Translations under genes and position numbers: made by a program
DNA from: Bythopirellula sp.
GTDB lineage: Bacteria > Planctomycetota > Planctomycetia > Pirellulales > Lacipirellulaceae
Direction of reading: 5' to 3'
DNA length: 64,000 nt
NCBI GenBank assembly: GCA_965216565.1
Contig: OZ244170.1
Location: forward strand, 3,904,001 to 3,968,000
Part shown: positions 50,001-59,749 of the stretch, in pieces
Numbering within the stretch: the stretch's first letter is position 1
How the letters are laid out: every line of letters starts with the position of its first letter
Notes under the pieces: generated by a model
What the model saw: only the letters and a program-made list of their open reading frames with translations
The model's database searches: none
Told to the model about the DNA's origin: nothing

Positions 50001-51674
50001 AGGCCCGATATAGCACTCGAGCGACATGATGACTTCCTCGCGAATCGAATCGATCGCTGGATTAGTCACCTGCGCGAAAAGCTGGCGAAAATAGTCGTAT
50101 AGCATTCGCGGCTTATCGGAGAGGCATGCCAGGCACGAATCATTGCCCATTGATCCAATGGGATCTTTCTCCACAGCAATCAGAGGCAGCAACATGAACT
50201 TCATGGTTTCGATGGTATAGCCAAACGCTTGCATTCGTTGCAGTAACGTTGCCGAATCGAAACCGTGCGCCTCGTTTTCTGGTTCTAGGTCGTTGAGCGA
50301 AATGCGTTGATCCTGAATCCACTTGGCATAAGGCCGTCGCGAAGCAAAGTCACTTTTCAACTCTTCATCGGGAATCAATCGCCCTTCGTCGAAATCGACC
50401 AGAAACATCTTGCCCGGCTGCAGTCGCCCTTTAATCTTCACATTGTCCGGTTCGATGGTGGGGAGTACGCCAACTTCGCTGGCCATGATCACCCGGTCGT
50501 CGTGGGTGATGTAATAGCGTGAAGGCCGCAGCCCGTTGCGATCGAGTACGGCACCAATGTATTTGCCGTCGGTAAACGCTATCGAAGCGGGGCCGTCCCA
50601 GGGTTCCATCAGAGTGGAGTTGTATTCGTAGAAGGCCCGCTTGTCTTCGGGCATCGTCAAATGGTTTTGCCATGCCTCGGGCACCATCATCATGACGGCT
50701 TCCTGCAAGGTTCGGCCCGACATCAGCAAGAATTCCAGCACATTGTCAAACGTACCTGAATCGCTGCAATCGGGTTCGACGACTGGAAACAACTTTTCCA
50801 GATCGTCCCCAAACAAGTCGCTCTCTGCCACGCCCTGACGAGCCTTCATCCAATTCATGTTGCCACGTAAGGTATTGATTTCGCCATTGTGGCTCATGAA
50901 TCGGCATGGCTGCGCGCGGTCCCAGGAAGGAAATGTGTTTGTGGAAAATCGCGAATGCACCATTGCTAGGTGGCTAGTGTAGTCGGGGTCGGCTAGATCC
51001 GGGAAATAGCTGAACAGCTGCTCCGTGTTGAGCATGCCCTTGTAAATAATCACTTTGGTCGACAGCGAGCAGATGTAGAACATCTTGGCCTGCGAAAGCG
51101 ACTCATCTGTGCGTAGTAGGTGACTAGCCTGCTTGCGGATGAGATAGAGTTCGCGCTCAAAGGCGTCGCCATCGATGCCGTCAGCTGCGGCGACAACCAA
51201 TTGTTCGATTTGTGGCTCGCCAGCTTGCGCGGTCGGGCCAACGTCGGCCGCTTTCTTGTCAGTTGGTACAAGCCGCCAGCCGACGAGCTTCTGGCCACGT
51301 TCGGCAATCAGCTTTTCGATCGTCCGCTTGCACTGGTCGCGCTCCATTTCGATTCTTGGCAGAAACACATTGCCGGCGGCAAACCGTCCGGGCTTGGGCA
51401 GGTCGACGCCCAGGTCTTGCTTAACGACTTTCTGCAAAAACTCGTGCGGGAGAGCGGTGAGAACACCGGCACCGTCACCCGTGTTGGCCTCGCAACCACA
51501 AGCACCGCGGTGATCCATGTTGCGAAGTATTTCTTCGGAGTCGACGACAATCTGGTGACTCCGCTCGCCCTTAATATGCGCGATGAACCCGACGCCGCAC
51601 GAATCGTGCTCGTTGGCGGGGTCGTAGAGGCCTTGCTTGGCTGGGTAATGAATCAAGTCTGTTTTCTGCTGCAT
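47007..51674 (-). CDS. gltB: Glutamate synthase large subunit
   Basis: Ntn start CGVGF, HSRFSTNT, EPWDGP, KQVASGRFGV, GAKPGEGG, CIMMRKCHLNTC and GXGXG repeats. Confidence 0.98.
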   Translation of the reverse strand: MQQKTDLIHYPAKQGLYDPANEHDSCGVGFIAHIKGERSHQIVVDSEEILRNMDHRGACGCEANTGDGAGVLTALPHEFLQKVVKQDLGVDLPKPGRFAAGNVFLPRIEMERDQCKRTIEKLIAERGQKLVGWRLVPTDKKAADVGPTAQAGEPQIEQLVVAAADGIDGDAFERELYLIRKQASHLLRTDESLSQAKMFYICSLSTKVIIYKGMLNTEQLFSYFPDLADPDYTSHLAMVHSRFSTNTFPSWDRAQPCRFMSHNGEINTLRGNMNWMKARQGVAESDLFGDDLEKLFPVVEPDCSDSGTFDNVLEFLLMSGRTLQEAVMMMVPEAWQNHLTMPEDKRAFYEYNSTLMEPWDGPASIAFTDGKYIGAVLDRNGLRPSRYYITHDDRVIMASEVGVLPTIEPDNVKIKGRLQPGKMFLVDFDEGRLIPDEELKSDFASRRPYAKWIQDQRISLNDLEPENEAHGFDSATLLQRMQAFGYTIETMKFMLLPLIAVEKDPIGSMGNDSCLACLSDKPRMLYDYFRQLFAQVTNPAIDSIREEVIMSLECYIGPERNLLETTEEHAHRLRVPHPILSNEQLAAIRHMTQPGWSTETLDITWPRSHGAEGMVKALDRVCLEAEQAVDAGETTLLLSDREVREGRVPIPALLAVGAVHHHLVKQSKRTRVALVVETGEAREVHHHCLLVGYGADAINPYLAFESLWQARREGLLGSGEPALSDAESGEGDAHPAVEAVADGEIYDPVTKEDHDLVAKYRKGVAKGMLKVMAKIGISTLQSYKGAQIFEAVGLRDEVIDRCFVGTASRIQGVNFDVLAQEAMRRHALGYPRQEAVRLPVLPNPGEFHWRAEGERHMWDPKSITDIQVAARSGDKDAYQRFAEHINHDARTRCQLRGLLKLKPGSNGGSIPIEEVQSATEIVKRFCTGAMSFGSISAEAHESLAIAMNRMGGKSNTGEGGEDPVRFEPLENGDSKRSAIKQVASGRFGVTINYLTNADELQIKISQGAKPGEGGELPGRKVDDTIARIRYSTPGVGLISPPPHHDIYSIEDLKQLIHDLKNANRESRVSVKLVSEVGVGTIAAGVAKGFADHILISGDGGGTGASPLTSIKHAGLPWELGIAETHQTLVLNDLRSRVVLQTDGGLKTGRDVVIAALLGAEEFGFSTAPLITLGCIMMRKCHLNTCPVGIATQDPELRKKFNGKPEHVVNYLFMVAEEARTLMAELGFRTIDEMVGRVDCLETDDAIKHWKADGLDLTSLLTPVELPHEDVGTYCTQGQDHGLDKSLDITKLLDLAKPALENGDKVRAELPIVNINRTVGTILSNEIAKKWGQQGLPDDTIHFKFNGSAGQSFGAFLSKGVTLELEGDANDYIGKGLSGGKIIIYPPKNSSFAAEDNIIVGNVCLYGATGGQAFYRGRAAERFAVRNSGAQAVIEGVGDHGCEYMTGGRVVILGPTGRNFAAGMSGGVAYIWDPKDALATRCNLGMVELEKVVDGEDLAELRELIELHQNYTQSTVAADILDRWDETLPQFVKVMPTDYKRVLMERQSQAEEPAVV

Positions 51675-51708
51675 GATTATCTTTCCACCTAGGTAACTGA
51701 CATGAAAG

Positions 51709-52689
51709 TCAGTGTGTCTTTTCTTGAATCACTCTTTTACTTTGCGATTGTCTTGAACGCGCGCCATTTTGCGAGCCATTTCCATTGTGGTAATGCACAA
51801 AATCATCATCGGCGCAGAGCAAATTAACGAACTGCTTGCCAATGTGATTGAGTAGGCGGTCGCGATGGTTGATGATTCCTAACGGTCGGACCATCGATTT
51901 ATCAGCTAAGGCAACAGTGACTAAGGCACCAGTCTGAACTTCTTTCTGTACGGTCGGCTCAGGCAAAATGCTAATGCCCGCCCCACCCTCAATATCGCGC
52001 TTAATCATTTCGATATTGTCGAATTCGTGGGTGATGTTTACGTCAACCTTGTTGACCATCAGTGCCCGATCAATTTCTGCGCGTATTCTTAGATCGACTT
52101 CGAACGTGACGAACGACTCACCTGCTAGGTCGGCAATCTCTACTTTTTCGCATTGGGAGAGTCGGTGCCCAGGGGGGCAGACAACGACCAGCGGTTCTGT
52201 GCGCCAATCCATGGCGGTGATGGTGCGAGATTCTTCGGGGTAGCTAATCAGGCCCAAGTCTACGGTCCCTTGCTCCACTGCCGCATAGACTTGGGCGGGA
52301 TGCATGTAATCAAGCGTTACCTGTGCACTAGGATAGGCCGCCTCGAACCGTCGCATGAAGGCACTCATGTGAGCAAGCCCTACAGAATAGATTGAGGCCA
52401 CTTTCAAGCTGCGCGCCGTTTCATCGTGCAGTGAGTGAATTTCGTCAGCCAGTTCCTGATGCTGCTTGACTAGTTGGAGGCAGCCCTCGAAATAGCGTTC
52501 TCCTTCGGGAGTAACCACAAAAGGTCGTTTCGTCCGATCGAGCAGTTGGACACCTAATCGATCTTCCAATTGTTGAACTGCTTGACTGGCGCTCGATTGC
52601 GAGATGCCGTTGTCGTCGGCTGCGCGAGAGAAACTGCGCCGCTGGACAACCTCGCAAAAGATTCGCATTGATCGCAAGTTGATATTCAT
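51709..52689 (-). CDS. LysR family transcriptional regulator, co-directional with gltBD
   Basis: SFSRAADDNGISQSSASQAVQQLEDRLGVQLLDR HTH plus a substrate-binding domain. Confidence 0.95.
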   Translation of the reverse strand: MNINLRSMRIFCEVVQRRSFSRAADDNGISQSSASQAVQQLEDRLGVQLLDRTKRPFVVTPEGERYFEGCLQLVKQHQELADEIHSLHDETARSLKVASIYSVGLAHMSAFMRRFEAAYPSAQVTLDYMHPAQVYAAVEQGTVDLGLISYPEESRTITAMDWRTEPLVVVCPPGHRLSQCEKVEIADLAGESFVTFEVDLRIRAEIDRALMVNKVDVNITHEFDNIEMIKRDIEGGAGISILPEPTVQKEVQTGALVTVALADKSMVRPLGIINHRDRLLNHIGKQFVNLLCADDDFVHYHNGNGSQNGARSRQSQSKRVIQEKTH

Positions 52690-52928
52690 TGAAACCTTCG
52701 TTGTGCAGTTCTGCGCGCAACTTCCAGCAGTTCAAACTCGTGTTGACCGATGGTGCGGGCGCACCGATCGCTCCCAAAATTGCCCGACTTCGCCGCTAAC
52801 GACGATTCGAGACTTAGAAGGCGTGACCTTCGATTCTGGCAGAATCTATTCCAGCGACGGCAGCTTTCGCGGAGAAGCTATCTAATTTGTGAGTGGCACC
52901 GTCTGATGGGCGAGCTTCCAGATGCTCG

Positions 52929-52943
52929 ATTAAATATCCTAAT
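52929..52943. promoter_or_regulatory. Candidate LysR box (ATTA-N7-TAAT, T-N11-A dyad)
   Basis: ATTAAATATCCTAAT in an AT-rich patch about 240 bp upstream of the LysR start. Confidence 0.45.
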
Positions 52944-53056
52944 ATGAGGCGTGGCCAGAATCGAAAATCGAGATATTAGAATAGCCGGGCGCCTTACCAG
53001 TGTCAAGCCGCTGGATAACTCGTCAAATACGCCTTAAACCATTGCCATTAATGGCT

Positions 53057-54259
53057 TTAACGCCTCAATTCAGGAAGTCGTTCAAAGGCGTAATTGTGAC
53101 CCCGATCCCGGATTACCTCTGCTGAGATAATGCGATCCGGCTTGGGTAAATAGCCGATACTGGGATCGCGACGCTTCAGAGCTGCGGCGTTTTCCATGCC
53201 CTCGATCACACGACCGAAGGCGGTATGTTTGCCGTCCAGATAGCTGGTAGGAACAAAGCATAAGAAGAATTGCGAACCGCCGGAGTTGGGAGCACCCGTT
53301 TTGGCCATGCTCAATGAACCGCGAAAGTGTTTGCGATGATTGGCCTTCGTGTGCTCGTCGCGAATCGTATATCCCGGTCCGCCACTGCCCGTGCCTTGCG
53401 GATCGCCACCTTGGGCCATAAACATGGGCAGTACGCGGTGGAAAGTAACGTCGTTGTAGTAGCCCTGTTTCACAAGGTTAATAAAGTTGGCAACCGATTC
53501 GGGCGCTTCGTTTTCGAACAGCTCTACGATAATGTCGCCCTGGCTAGTTACTAATTTCACCCGAGGAAGATCGTCATCCGCTGCCTCTTGTTTGCGAAGG
53601 GCCTGTTCCTTCTGCCATCGCAAACGAATTTTCGGCAACTCTTCTTTCCACATAGCCGCCTGTTGCTGCACGCGCGTGCTCGCTTGCTGCGATTGCTGTC
53701 GGGAGATGTTATCGAACAATCCTCGTTTTTGAGCTTCATTGAAATACTTTTCAGCCAGGTTGTACTGCTCCAAACAATAGGCGGAGACACCGCCCAGGAT
53801 CCAGAGATCTTCCCACTTCTCCCCTCCTCCCCCTTCCAAGAGTGCTTTGATAAGAGGAAGGGCACGTTCGTATTGATCTCCCCCATCTCCACGAGTGTCG
53901 CCGGTGACAAAGAATCTAGCCAATAGGACCAGTGTTTCATTGACCTTCGGGAACTGGTCTGGATTTGCCTTATAAGCGCTGAGCCCGGCCGAGACGATCT
54001 GTTCCAGCAGAGCCTCGTTTTGCTTGCGGACTTGGTCGATTTGTTGCTTGACTTCGCCCTGGGCATCGCCGGAGTCGGCCTTTTGCTTGTACAGCGATTG
54101 CAGCTTCTCGGTCGAGTTCCGCCACTCAACGAGAGCTCGGTCGAAGTTTTGCTTGGCATCAGCCGCGGAATCGGCTGCCGGCGCGGCCGCCGTTTCTTGG
54201 GCTTGAGAGTCAACGACGAAGAACGCTGACAAAAGAATGAATAAACAAATGCGTTGCAT
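53057..54259 (-). CDS. Secreted cyclophilin-type peptidyl-prolyl isomerase with an N-terminal helical/TPR-like region
   Basis: Signal peptide; FHRVLPMFMAQGGDP, GSLSMAK, GSQFF and LDGKHTAFGRV. Confidence 0.93.
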   Translation of the reverse strand: MQRICLFILLSAFFVVDSQAQETAAAPAADSAADAKQNFDRALVEWRNSTEKLQSLYKQKADSGDAQGEVKQQIDQVRKQNEALLEQIVSAGLSAYKANPDQFPKVNETLVLLARFFVTGDTRGDGGDQYERALPLIKALLEGGGGEKWEDLWILGGVSAYCLEQYNLAEKYFNEAQKRGLFDNISRQQSQQASTRVQQQAAMWKEELPKIRLRWQKEQALRKQEAADDDLPRVKLVTSQGDIIVELFENEAPESVANFINLVKQGYYNDVTFHRVLPMFMAQGGDPQGTGSGGPGYTIRDEHTKANHRKHFRGSLSMAKTGAPNSGGSQFFLCFVPTSYLDGKHTAFGRVIEGMENAAALKRRDPSIGYLPKPDRIISAEVIRDRGHNYAFERLPELRR

Positions 54260-54327
54260 GGGATGTCGCCTGAATGTATTTCGGGTCACAATGGGTGATT
54301 GAAAGTCATCCAACATAGCAGAGTCCC

Positions 54328-55020
54328 ATGCCCAAGCGAAGACGCCTCCAAACTGAAGCCATTGATAGCACCGACTTGCGGATTATTGGCGGTGTGTTTC
54401 GAGGAAGTAAGCTCACCTACGGTGCCTTTCAGCAAGGGGGCAGCCAAGTCACGCGCCCTATGAAGCATCGCGTGCGTGAAGCGATGTTCAACTTGGTGAG
54501 TACCGAGTGCAAAGGTCGGCATGCGATCGACCTATTTGCCGGCACGGGTGCATTGGGTTTGGAAGCGCTCAGCCGCGGAGCGGTGAGTGCCACCTTTATC
54601 GAGAAGCATATCCCCACGGCGAGAGTTGTGCAGGAGAATATATCGGCATTGCGTGTCGACGATCGCTGTCAGCTTCTGACGACAAGTGCATTCTTGTGGT
54701 CGAAGCGAGATTTGCCGAAGACCGACGGTAAGGTGGCAAAGACGGAAGGACCGAGCTACTTTGCTCCCCCTCCCCTCGACTTGCCCTGGCTGGTGTTTTG
54801 TAGTCCGCCCTATGCGTTTTACATTGATCGCCAGCAGGAAACATTGGAACTAATTGCTGCGATCATGAAGTACGCTCCGGAAGGGAGCATTTTTCTAGTC
54901 GAGGCCGACGAAAGATTCGACTTTCAGTTGTTGCCCGGTCAGGTTGCTCTTGAACGGGGCGATCCAGGCTGGGATGTTCGCACGTATCCACCCGCGGTGG
55001 TCGGCGTGCTGCGTGGTTGA
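54328..55020 (+). CDS. rsmD: 16S rRNA m2G966 methyltransferase RsmD family
   Basis: LRIIGGVFRG, TRP...VREAMFN, DLFAGTGALGLEALSRGA and SPPY. Confidence 0.88.
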   Translation: MPKRRRLQTEAIDSTDLRIIGGVFRGSKLTYGAFQQGGSQVTRPMKHRVREAMFNLVSTECKGRHAIDLFAGTGALGLEALSRGAVSATFIEKHIPTARVVQENISALRVDDRCQLLTTSAFLWSKRDLPKTDGKVAKTEGPSYFAPPPLDLPWLVFCSPPYAFYIDRQQETLELIAAIMKYAPEGSIFLVEADERFDFQLLPGQVALERGDPGWDVRTYPPAVVGVLRG

Positions 55021-55033
55021 GCAGAGCCAGTTC

Positions 55034-55918
55034 TCATAGACTCTCTAGATACGCCGCGGTCTCGCGGTGCAGTTTCAGCACGGCTTGCTTTACTTTTGCA
55101 AATTCCGCGCGTTGTTTTATTGCGTCGACCACTGGTTGCCAAAGGTGCTCGGGCAAACTGGCATTGGTGGCGAGACTTTCAATTCGGTTGGCGGTCTTGT
55201 TCAGCACATCGCTGTCGGCTGTGTAATCTAGCAGAATTGCATGCGTGACAATCGCAAGTTGGCAAAGTGCTTCATGCTGAGGAGAATGCGACCTGCCAAC
55301 TTCTTCTGCGAGGCGGGTGCCGTCGGCTCCTCTTAAGACTTCCAAAGCAATAGGCAACGGCTCCCCGATGCCGGCAGGAATCTCAGGTAATGCAACGTCG
55401 AGCTCGTCGGCGGCTTGCTCGGCTTTTGTCATTACACCAGCGTAACGGTCGCTACCGTAGCCTTTGCCATAGATACCAATGGCCAAGCTCCATTTGCTGC
55501 CCAGTTGCCAAGGCATTGCTAAGGGGACTATCGATGGCATTTCCGCTGGATCTGTCTCTGTCTCCTCTTCTAGCCAGTCCAACTCCGCAGCGGGAGCTGG
55601 TTTGGCAGGGCTGACTAAGTTTTGCTCGGACTCCGATTCGTTCCAAACCGGTTCGGGCAATTCAGCTTCGGGCCTGTCGAATGGTGCAGATTTGGGGGCT
55701 TCACTTTCGATTGTTGGGGTAGTTGAATCATATCGACCCGTTTCCCCGAAACTGCTGCCCTGAGTTGGCTCAGTCGCTGGTTTGCTTGAACTTACAAACA
55801 CAGCGGGAGTTTGCGGTGGCGCTTCGGTGCTGGGATCGAAGTGGACCTCTTGCCAGCAGCCAATCAGGGTTGGGGCCAAGATCAATATCAAAGCTATCTT
55901 CGTATAGGCATTCATCAC
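55034..55918 (-). CDS. Hypothetical lipoprotein
   Basis: Lipobox LIG-C after a hydrophobic stretch, a Pro/Glu-rich linker and a helical C-terminal domain. Confidence 0.75.
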   Translation of the reverse strand: MMNAYTKIALILILAPTLIGCWQEVHFDPSTEAPPQTPAVFVSSSKPATEPTQGSSFGETGRYDSTTPTIESEAPKSAPFDRPEAELPEPVWNESESEQNLVSPAKPAPAAELDWLEEETETDPAEMPSIVPLAMPWQLGSKWSLAIGIYGKGYGSDRYAGVMTKAEQAADELDVALPEIPAGIGEPLPIALEVLRGADGTRLAEEVGRSHSPQHEALCQLAIVTHAILLDYTADSDVLNKTANRIESLATNASLPEHLWQPVVDAIKQRAEFAKVKQAVLKLHRETAAYLESL

Positions 55919-56079
55919 AATTAAATATAGCCGACAAATCCATAGGGAGTGCAGATTCGTGGATCGGGAAGCGATCTTCCACAGCAGAACTGTAAGGAAC
56001 GACAGCTAAAATTTCGGTTATTGACGCGCATGCGCATTGCTCTGGTCGAACGGGGTCAGGTTCGCGTAACCTGGGCAAT

Positions 56080-57756
56080 ATGGACGAGGCTTCTCAGGAT
56101 CAAGAGAGTTGGCTTTCCAGAATGGTGAAGCCTAGGAATTCGATCACCCCTGCGCTGGTCGGCAGTATTCTTTGTTGGTTGGCGCTTCCACCGGTGGGCT
56201 GGAGTTACCTGGCTTGGGTGGGGCCCATACCGTGGCTGTTGTTGATTGTTCAGCCTCTACTGCCTGGTCGCCGGCCTTATAGGGCCCTTTGGCTGGGAGG
56301 CATCGTTTATTGGCTTCTGGCAGCTCACTGGATTCGGTTGCCGCACCCGGCCAACTACATCGCTTGGGTGGCGCTTGCCGCGTATTTGGGAATGTACCTG
56401 CCCGCGTTCGTCGCCCTGTCTCGCGTAGGTGTGCATCGCTTGCGAATGCCCTTGGTATTAGTGGCCCCCGTGGTGTGGGTCGGGCTCGACTGGTTGCGCG
56501 GCTGGCTCTTGACCGGCTTTTCGATGTGCTCGCTTTGCCATTCGCAAGCGATCCATCCATGGGTCATTCAGATTGCCGATCTCGGTGGCGAATATTTGGT
56601 GACGTTTGTCTTAGTGCTGGTCGCAGCATGCCTCACATCTCTAATAGGTGAGCTTTTCTCGGATTCAGAGGCACGAAGACCGATGACGCGGATGCTTGTT
56701 GCACCACTACTTGCGATCACGGTACTTTGCGGGACAGCTTTCTACCACTCCCTCCGACTGACCGAACTCGCTGTACAGAAACGGGGTGAGCATGGAAGTG
56801 CCAGGATTGCACTTATCCAAGGAAATACGCTCGCCGACTGGAAAAGTGATCCCGCCAAACAGCAACAGATTATGGACGAGTATATTGGTCTTTCGGTTGA
56901 GGCTGCGAGTAAGCACGCTGAAGTCGACCTGGTGATTTGGCCGGAAACGGCTTTTCGCCAGTCGCTACTCACGGTTGAGTCAGGCTATTCACCTCCTGTG
57001 GAATTGGTACCGCCCCCGCACTTGGAGGCTTCCACCAACTATCTAAAACTCTTAGTCGAACGGCTCGAAGCAGCGGTGTTTGTGGGTATCGACCGAATTC
57101 ACATTCTTCCGGGTGATGAAGAATCCCCGAGCTTTCTTGGTCATAATTCGTCGGTGATGATCGACAAAGATGGCAACCGCGTAGGCACCTACGACAAGAT
57201 GCACCTGGTGCCCTTCGGGGAATACATCCCACTTGCAAACTGGATTCCGCTGCTCTACCGCATAACGCCAGTGACTGGTGGGGCTCAGCCCGGGGCGGCG
57301 CCTGCAGGGTTGCTGATGGACGATGTGCTTTACGTGCCCAATATTTGCTATGAGTCTGCTGTGCCGCGGCTGATTCGGCGGCAAGTGAATGCGGTTGCAG
57401 CCGAATTCGAGAGGCGGCCCGACGTGCTGGTGAACCTGACCAACGACGCCTGGTACTGGGGCTCGAGCCAGCTCGATTTGCATTTGGCGTGTAGTGTGTT
57501 TCGAGCCGTTGAAATGCGCATTCCCCACGTGATTGCCGCTAACGGTGGATTATCCGCACACATCGATTCATTCGGTACGGTGCAGCAGGTTAGCGAGCGG
57601 CAAACACCCACTTACCTTGTAGCCGATGTGCAGGTGAGAGATCGGGCGGCGACCTTTTATAACCGCTGGGGCGACTGGTTGGCGATTCCCTGTGTGTTAT
57701 GCTGTGTAGTTTTGGCGGTATACGGAAAAGGCTTTCACCGCAGCACAAAACGCTGA
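56080..57756 (+). CDS. lnt: Apolipoprotein N-acyltransferase
   Basis: N-terminal TM domain; catalytic triad motifs WPET, YDKMHLVPFGEY and ICYES; TNDAWY. Confidence 0.95.
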   Translation: MDEASQDQESWLSRMVKPRNSITPALVGSILCWLALPPVGWSYLAWVGPIPWLLLIVQPLLPGRRPYRALWLGGIVYWLLAAHWIRLPHPANYIAWVALAAYLGMYLPAFVALSRVGVHRLRMPLVLVAPVVWVGLDWLRGWLLTGFSMCSLCHSQAIHPWVIQIADLGGEYLVTFVLVLVAACLTSLIGELFSDSEARRPMTRMLVAPLLAITVLCGTAFYHSLRLTELAVQKRGEHGSARIALIQGNTLADWKSDPAKQQQIMDEYIGLSVEAASKHAEVDLVIWPETAFRQSLLTVESGYSPPVELVPPPHLEASTNYLKLLVERLEAAVFVGIDRIHILPGDEESPSFLGHNSSVMIDKDGNRVGTYDKMHLVPFGEYIPLANWIPLLYRITPVTGGAQPGAAPAGLLMDDVLYVPNICYESAVPRLIRRQVNAVAAEFERRPDVLVNLTNDAWYWGSSQLDLHLACSVFRAVEMRIPHVIAANGGLSAHIDSFGTVQQVSERQTPTYLVADVQVRDRAATFYNRWGDWLAIPCVLCCVVLAVYGKGFHRSTKR

Positions 57757-57789
57757 CACTCCCGGTCGCAGCAAGGTTAGCTATCCCCT

Positions 57790-59562
57790 ATGGCAGTCGT
57801 TCTGCAACTACAAGATGCCCACAAACGCTACGGCGAGCAGCTTCTACTCGACGGCGCAAGCTGTGCGCTAGCGGACGATCAGAAGGTGGGGCTCATTGGT
57901 CGCAATGGGGCGGGCAAGAGTACGCTGTGTCAGGTGCTGCTGGGGAACGAAGAGCTCGATGCTGGAGAGGTAGTCCGCAGCAAGAAGCTTCGGCTCGGTT
58001 ACCTGCGTCAACACGACCCGTTTCAGGAAGGCGAAACGGTGATCGGCTTTTTGCAGCGTGATAGCGGTCAGCCTGAGTGGCGTTGTGGCGAGGTGGCCTG
58101 GCAGTTTCAAATTCCCGATGCCATGCTCGATCAGCTAGTGCGGGAGCTTTCTGGCGGCTGGCAAACACGTGTGAAACTTGCGGCATTGCTGCTGCACGAT
58201 CCGAATCTTCTCATTCTCGACGAGCCGACCAACTTCCTCGATCTGAGAACCCAGATGCTGTTGGAAGAGTTTCTCCGAGAGTTTCGCAGCGGGTGTCTGA
58301 TCGTATCGCACGATCGTTCGTTCTTGGAACGTACCTGCACGCATACGCTGGAGATCTCGCGGGGCCAATTGACGATGTTTCCCGGCGGAGTTGATCGCTA
58401 TTTGGAGAATCTAGCCGAGCGTCGCGAGCACGATTTGCGCGTGAATGCCGCTACGCTCACGAAGCGCAAGCAGCTTGAGACGTTTATCAATAAGAATCGT
58501 GCCAATGCCAACACGGCGGCTCAAGCTCGTAACAAGGCCAAACAACTCGAACGGCTCGAGCTGATCGAAGTTCAAGGTCAAGAAGCTTCGGTAGGTTTTA
58601 GCTTCCCCAAGGTGGAGCCCCGCCAAGGGACGGCTTTGCGGACCGAGCAGTTGGTGATCGGTTATCCCGACCATCGCGTTGCCGAGAGCGCTCAGGTCGA
58701 GGTGGAGCATGGCTCGCGCGTCGGTGTGGTGGGTGACAACGGCCAAGGTAAAACGACCTTCCTCCGGACAGTATGCGGTTCGCTCGACCCCTTGGACGGA
58801 CGATTGAAATGGGGCTATGGCTGCCAGGTAGGCGTCTATGCACAACACGTGTATACCACCTTACCCGAACGCGATACGGTCGAGGAGTATCTGCAGCATC
58901 AGGCAGCACCGGGAACAACAATCCAGCAACTCAAGGACGTGGCGGGCAGTTTTTTGTTCAGTGGCGATACGGTGACCAAGAAGATTCGTGTGCTCAGCGG
59001 TGGGGAACGTGCCCGGCTGGTGCTCGCGGGACTGTTGCTCGAACAGCACAATGTTTTGATTCTTGACGAGCCAGGAAACCATCTAGACGTAGAAACAGTG
59101 GAAGCTCTGGCTGATGCCCTCTGCCGGTATGAAGGGACAGTGATATTCACCAGTCACGATCGCCACTTTATGCATCGCGTGGCCACTGCCGTGATTGAGG
59201 TGCGCGATGGCCGCGTGGCCAGTTACCCATCCAGCTACGACGACTATGTGTACCGTGTGCAGAAGGAACTGGAGGACGGCCTGCGGAGCGAACATACTGT
59301 GCGCGGCAGCGAAGCCAAGGAAGCCACAGGCTCGCGCAAGCTGGGCGGTCGGGAAGAGCGAGAATTGCAAAAGCGACTAAAATCGCTGGAGCGTAAGATT
59401 GCCAAACTCGACGAGCAGAAGAACGAACTTCAGCAGGAGTTGCTCACCGTCACCGAAGCTGCCGCGGCCCAAAAGCTCCACGAGGAGATGTCTTCTTTGA
59501 CACCGCAGGTCGAGGAACTGGAAGAGGAGTGGCTTGAAGTCTACAACGAACTGGAATCGTAA
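57790..59562 (+). CDS. ABC-F family ATP-binding protein
   Basis: Two ABC domains (GRNGAGKST/LSGGW/LDEPTN and GDNGQGKTT/LSGGE/LDEPGN), a helical linker and a C-terminal coiled coil; no TM domain. Confidence 0.95.
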   Translation: MAVVLQLQDAHKRYGEQLLLDGASCALADDQKVGLIGRNGAGKSTLCQVLLGNEELDAGEVVRSKKLRLGYLRQHDPFQEGETVIGFLQRDSGQPEWRCGEVAWQFQIPDAMLDQLVRELSGGWQTRVKLAALLLHDPNLLILDEPTNFLDLRTQMLLEEFLREFRSGCLIVSHDRSFLERTCTHTLEISRGQLTMFPGGVDRYLENLAERREHDLRVNAATLTKRKQLETFINKNRANANTAAQARNKAKQLERLELIEVQGQEASVGFSFPKVEPRQGTALRTEQLVIGYPDHRVAESAQVEVEHGSRVGVVGDNGQGKTTFLRTVCGSLDPLDGRLKWGYGCQVGVYAQHVYTTLPERDTVEEYLQHQAAPGTTIQQLKDVAGSFLFSGDTVTKKIRVLSGGERARLVLAGLLLEQHNVLILDEPGNHLDVETVEALADALCRYEGTVIFTSHDRHFMHRVATAVIEVRDGRVASYPSSYDDYVYRVQKELEDGLRSEHTVRGSEAKEATGSRKLGGREERELQKRLKSLERKIAKLDEQKNELQQELLTVTEAAAAQKLHEEMSSLTPQVEELEEEWLEVYNELES

Positions 59563-59749
59563 GGCCGGCTAGGAGATACACTCCGGCAATCCGTTGAGTC
59601 ACAGCTAGCGCCTGAATGAAGGTACTATCCCTTTCTACCGGTACAGTCCCACCCTCTCCGTGGTCAATACCATAGGCTCTGGAGCGTGTCGAAACTACGG
59701 CGTGACGTAGGTTTTAGCAGTGTTTTCCCCATTTGCTGGAGCTACCCCG

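Noticed and set aside
30243..52689. Idea of one 'glutamate island' (gluQ, rimK, M14, gltBD)
   Set aside because: The genes are in different orientations and separated by unrelated loci, and no shared regulatory motif was seen.
54790..54815. RsmD catalytic motif SPPY instead of DPPY
   Set aside because: Falls within the (D/N/S)PP(Y/F) amino-methyltransferase consensus, so it is not evidence of a new function.
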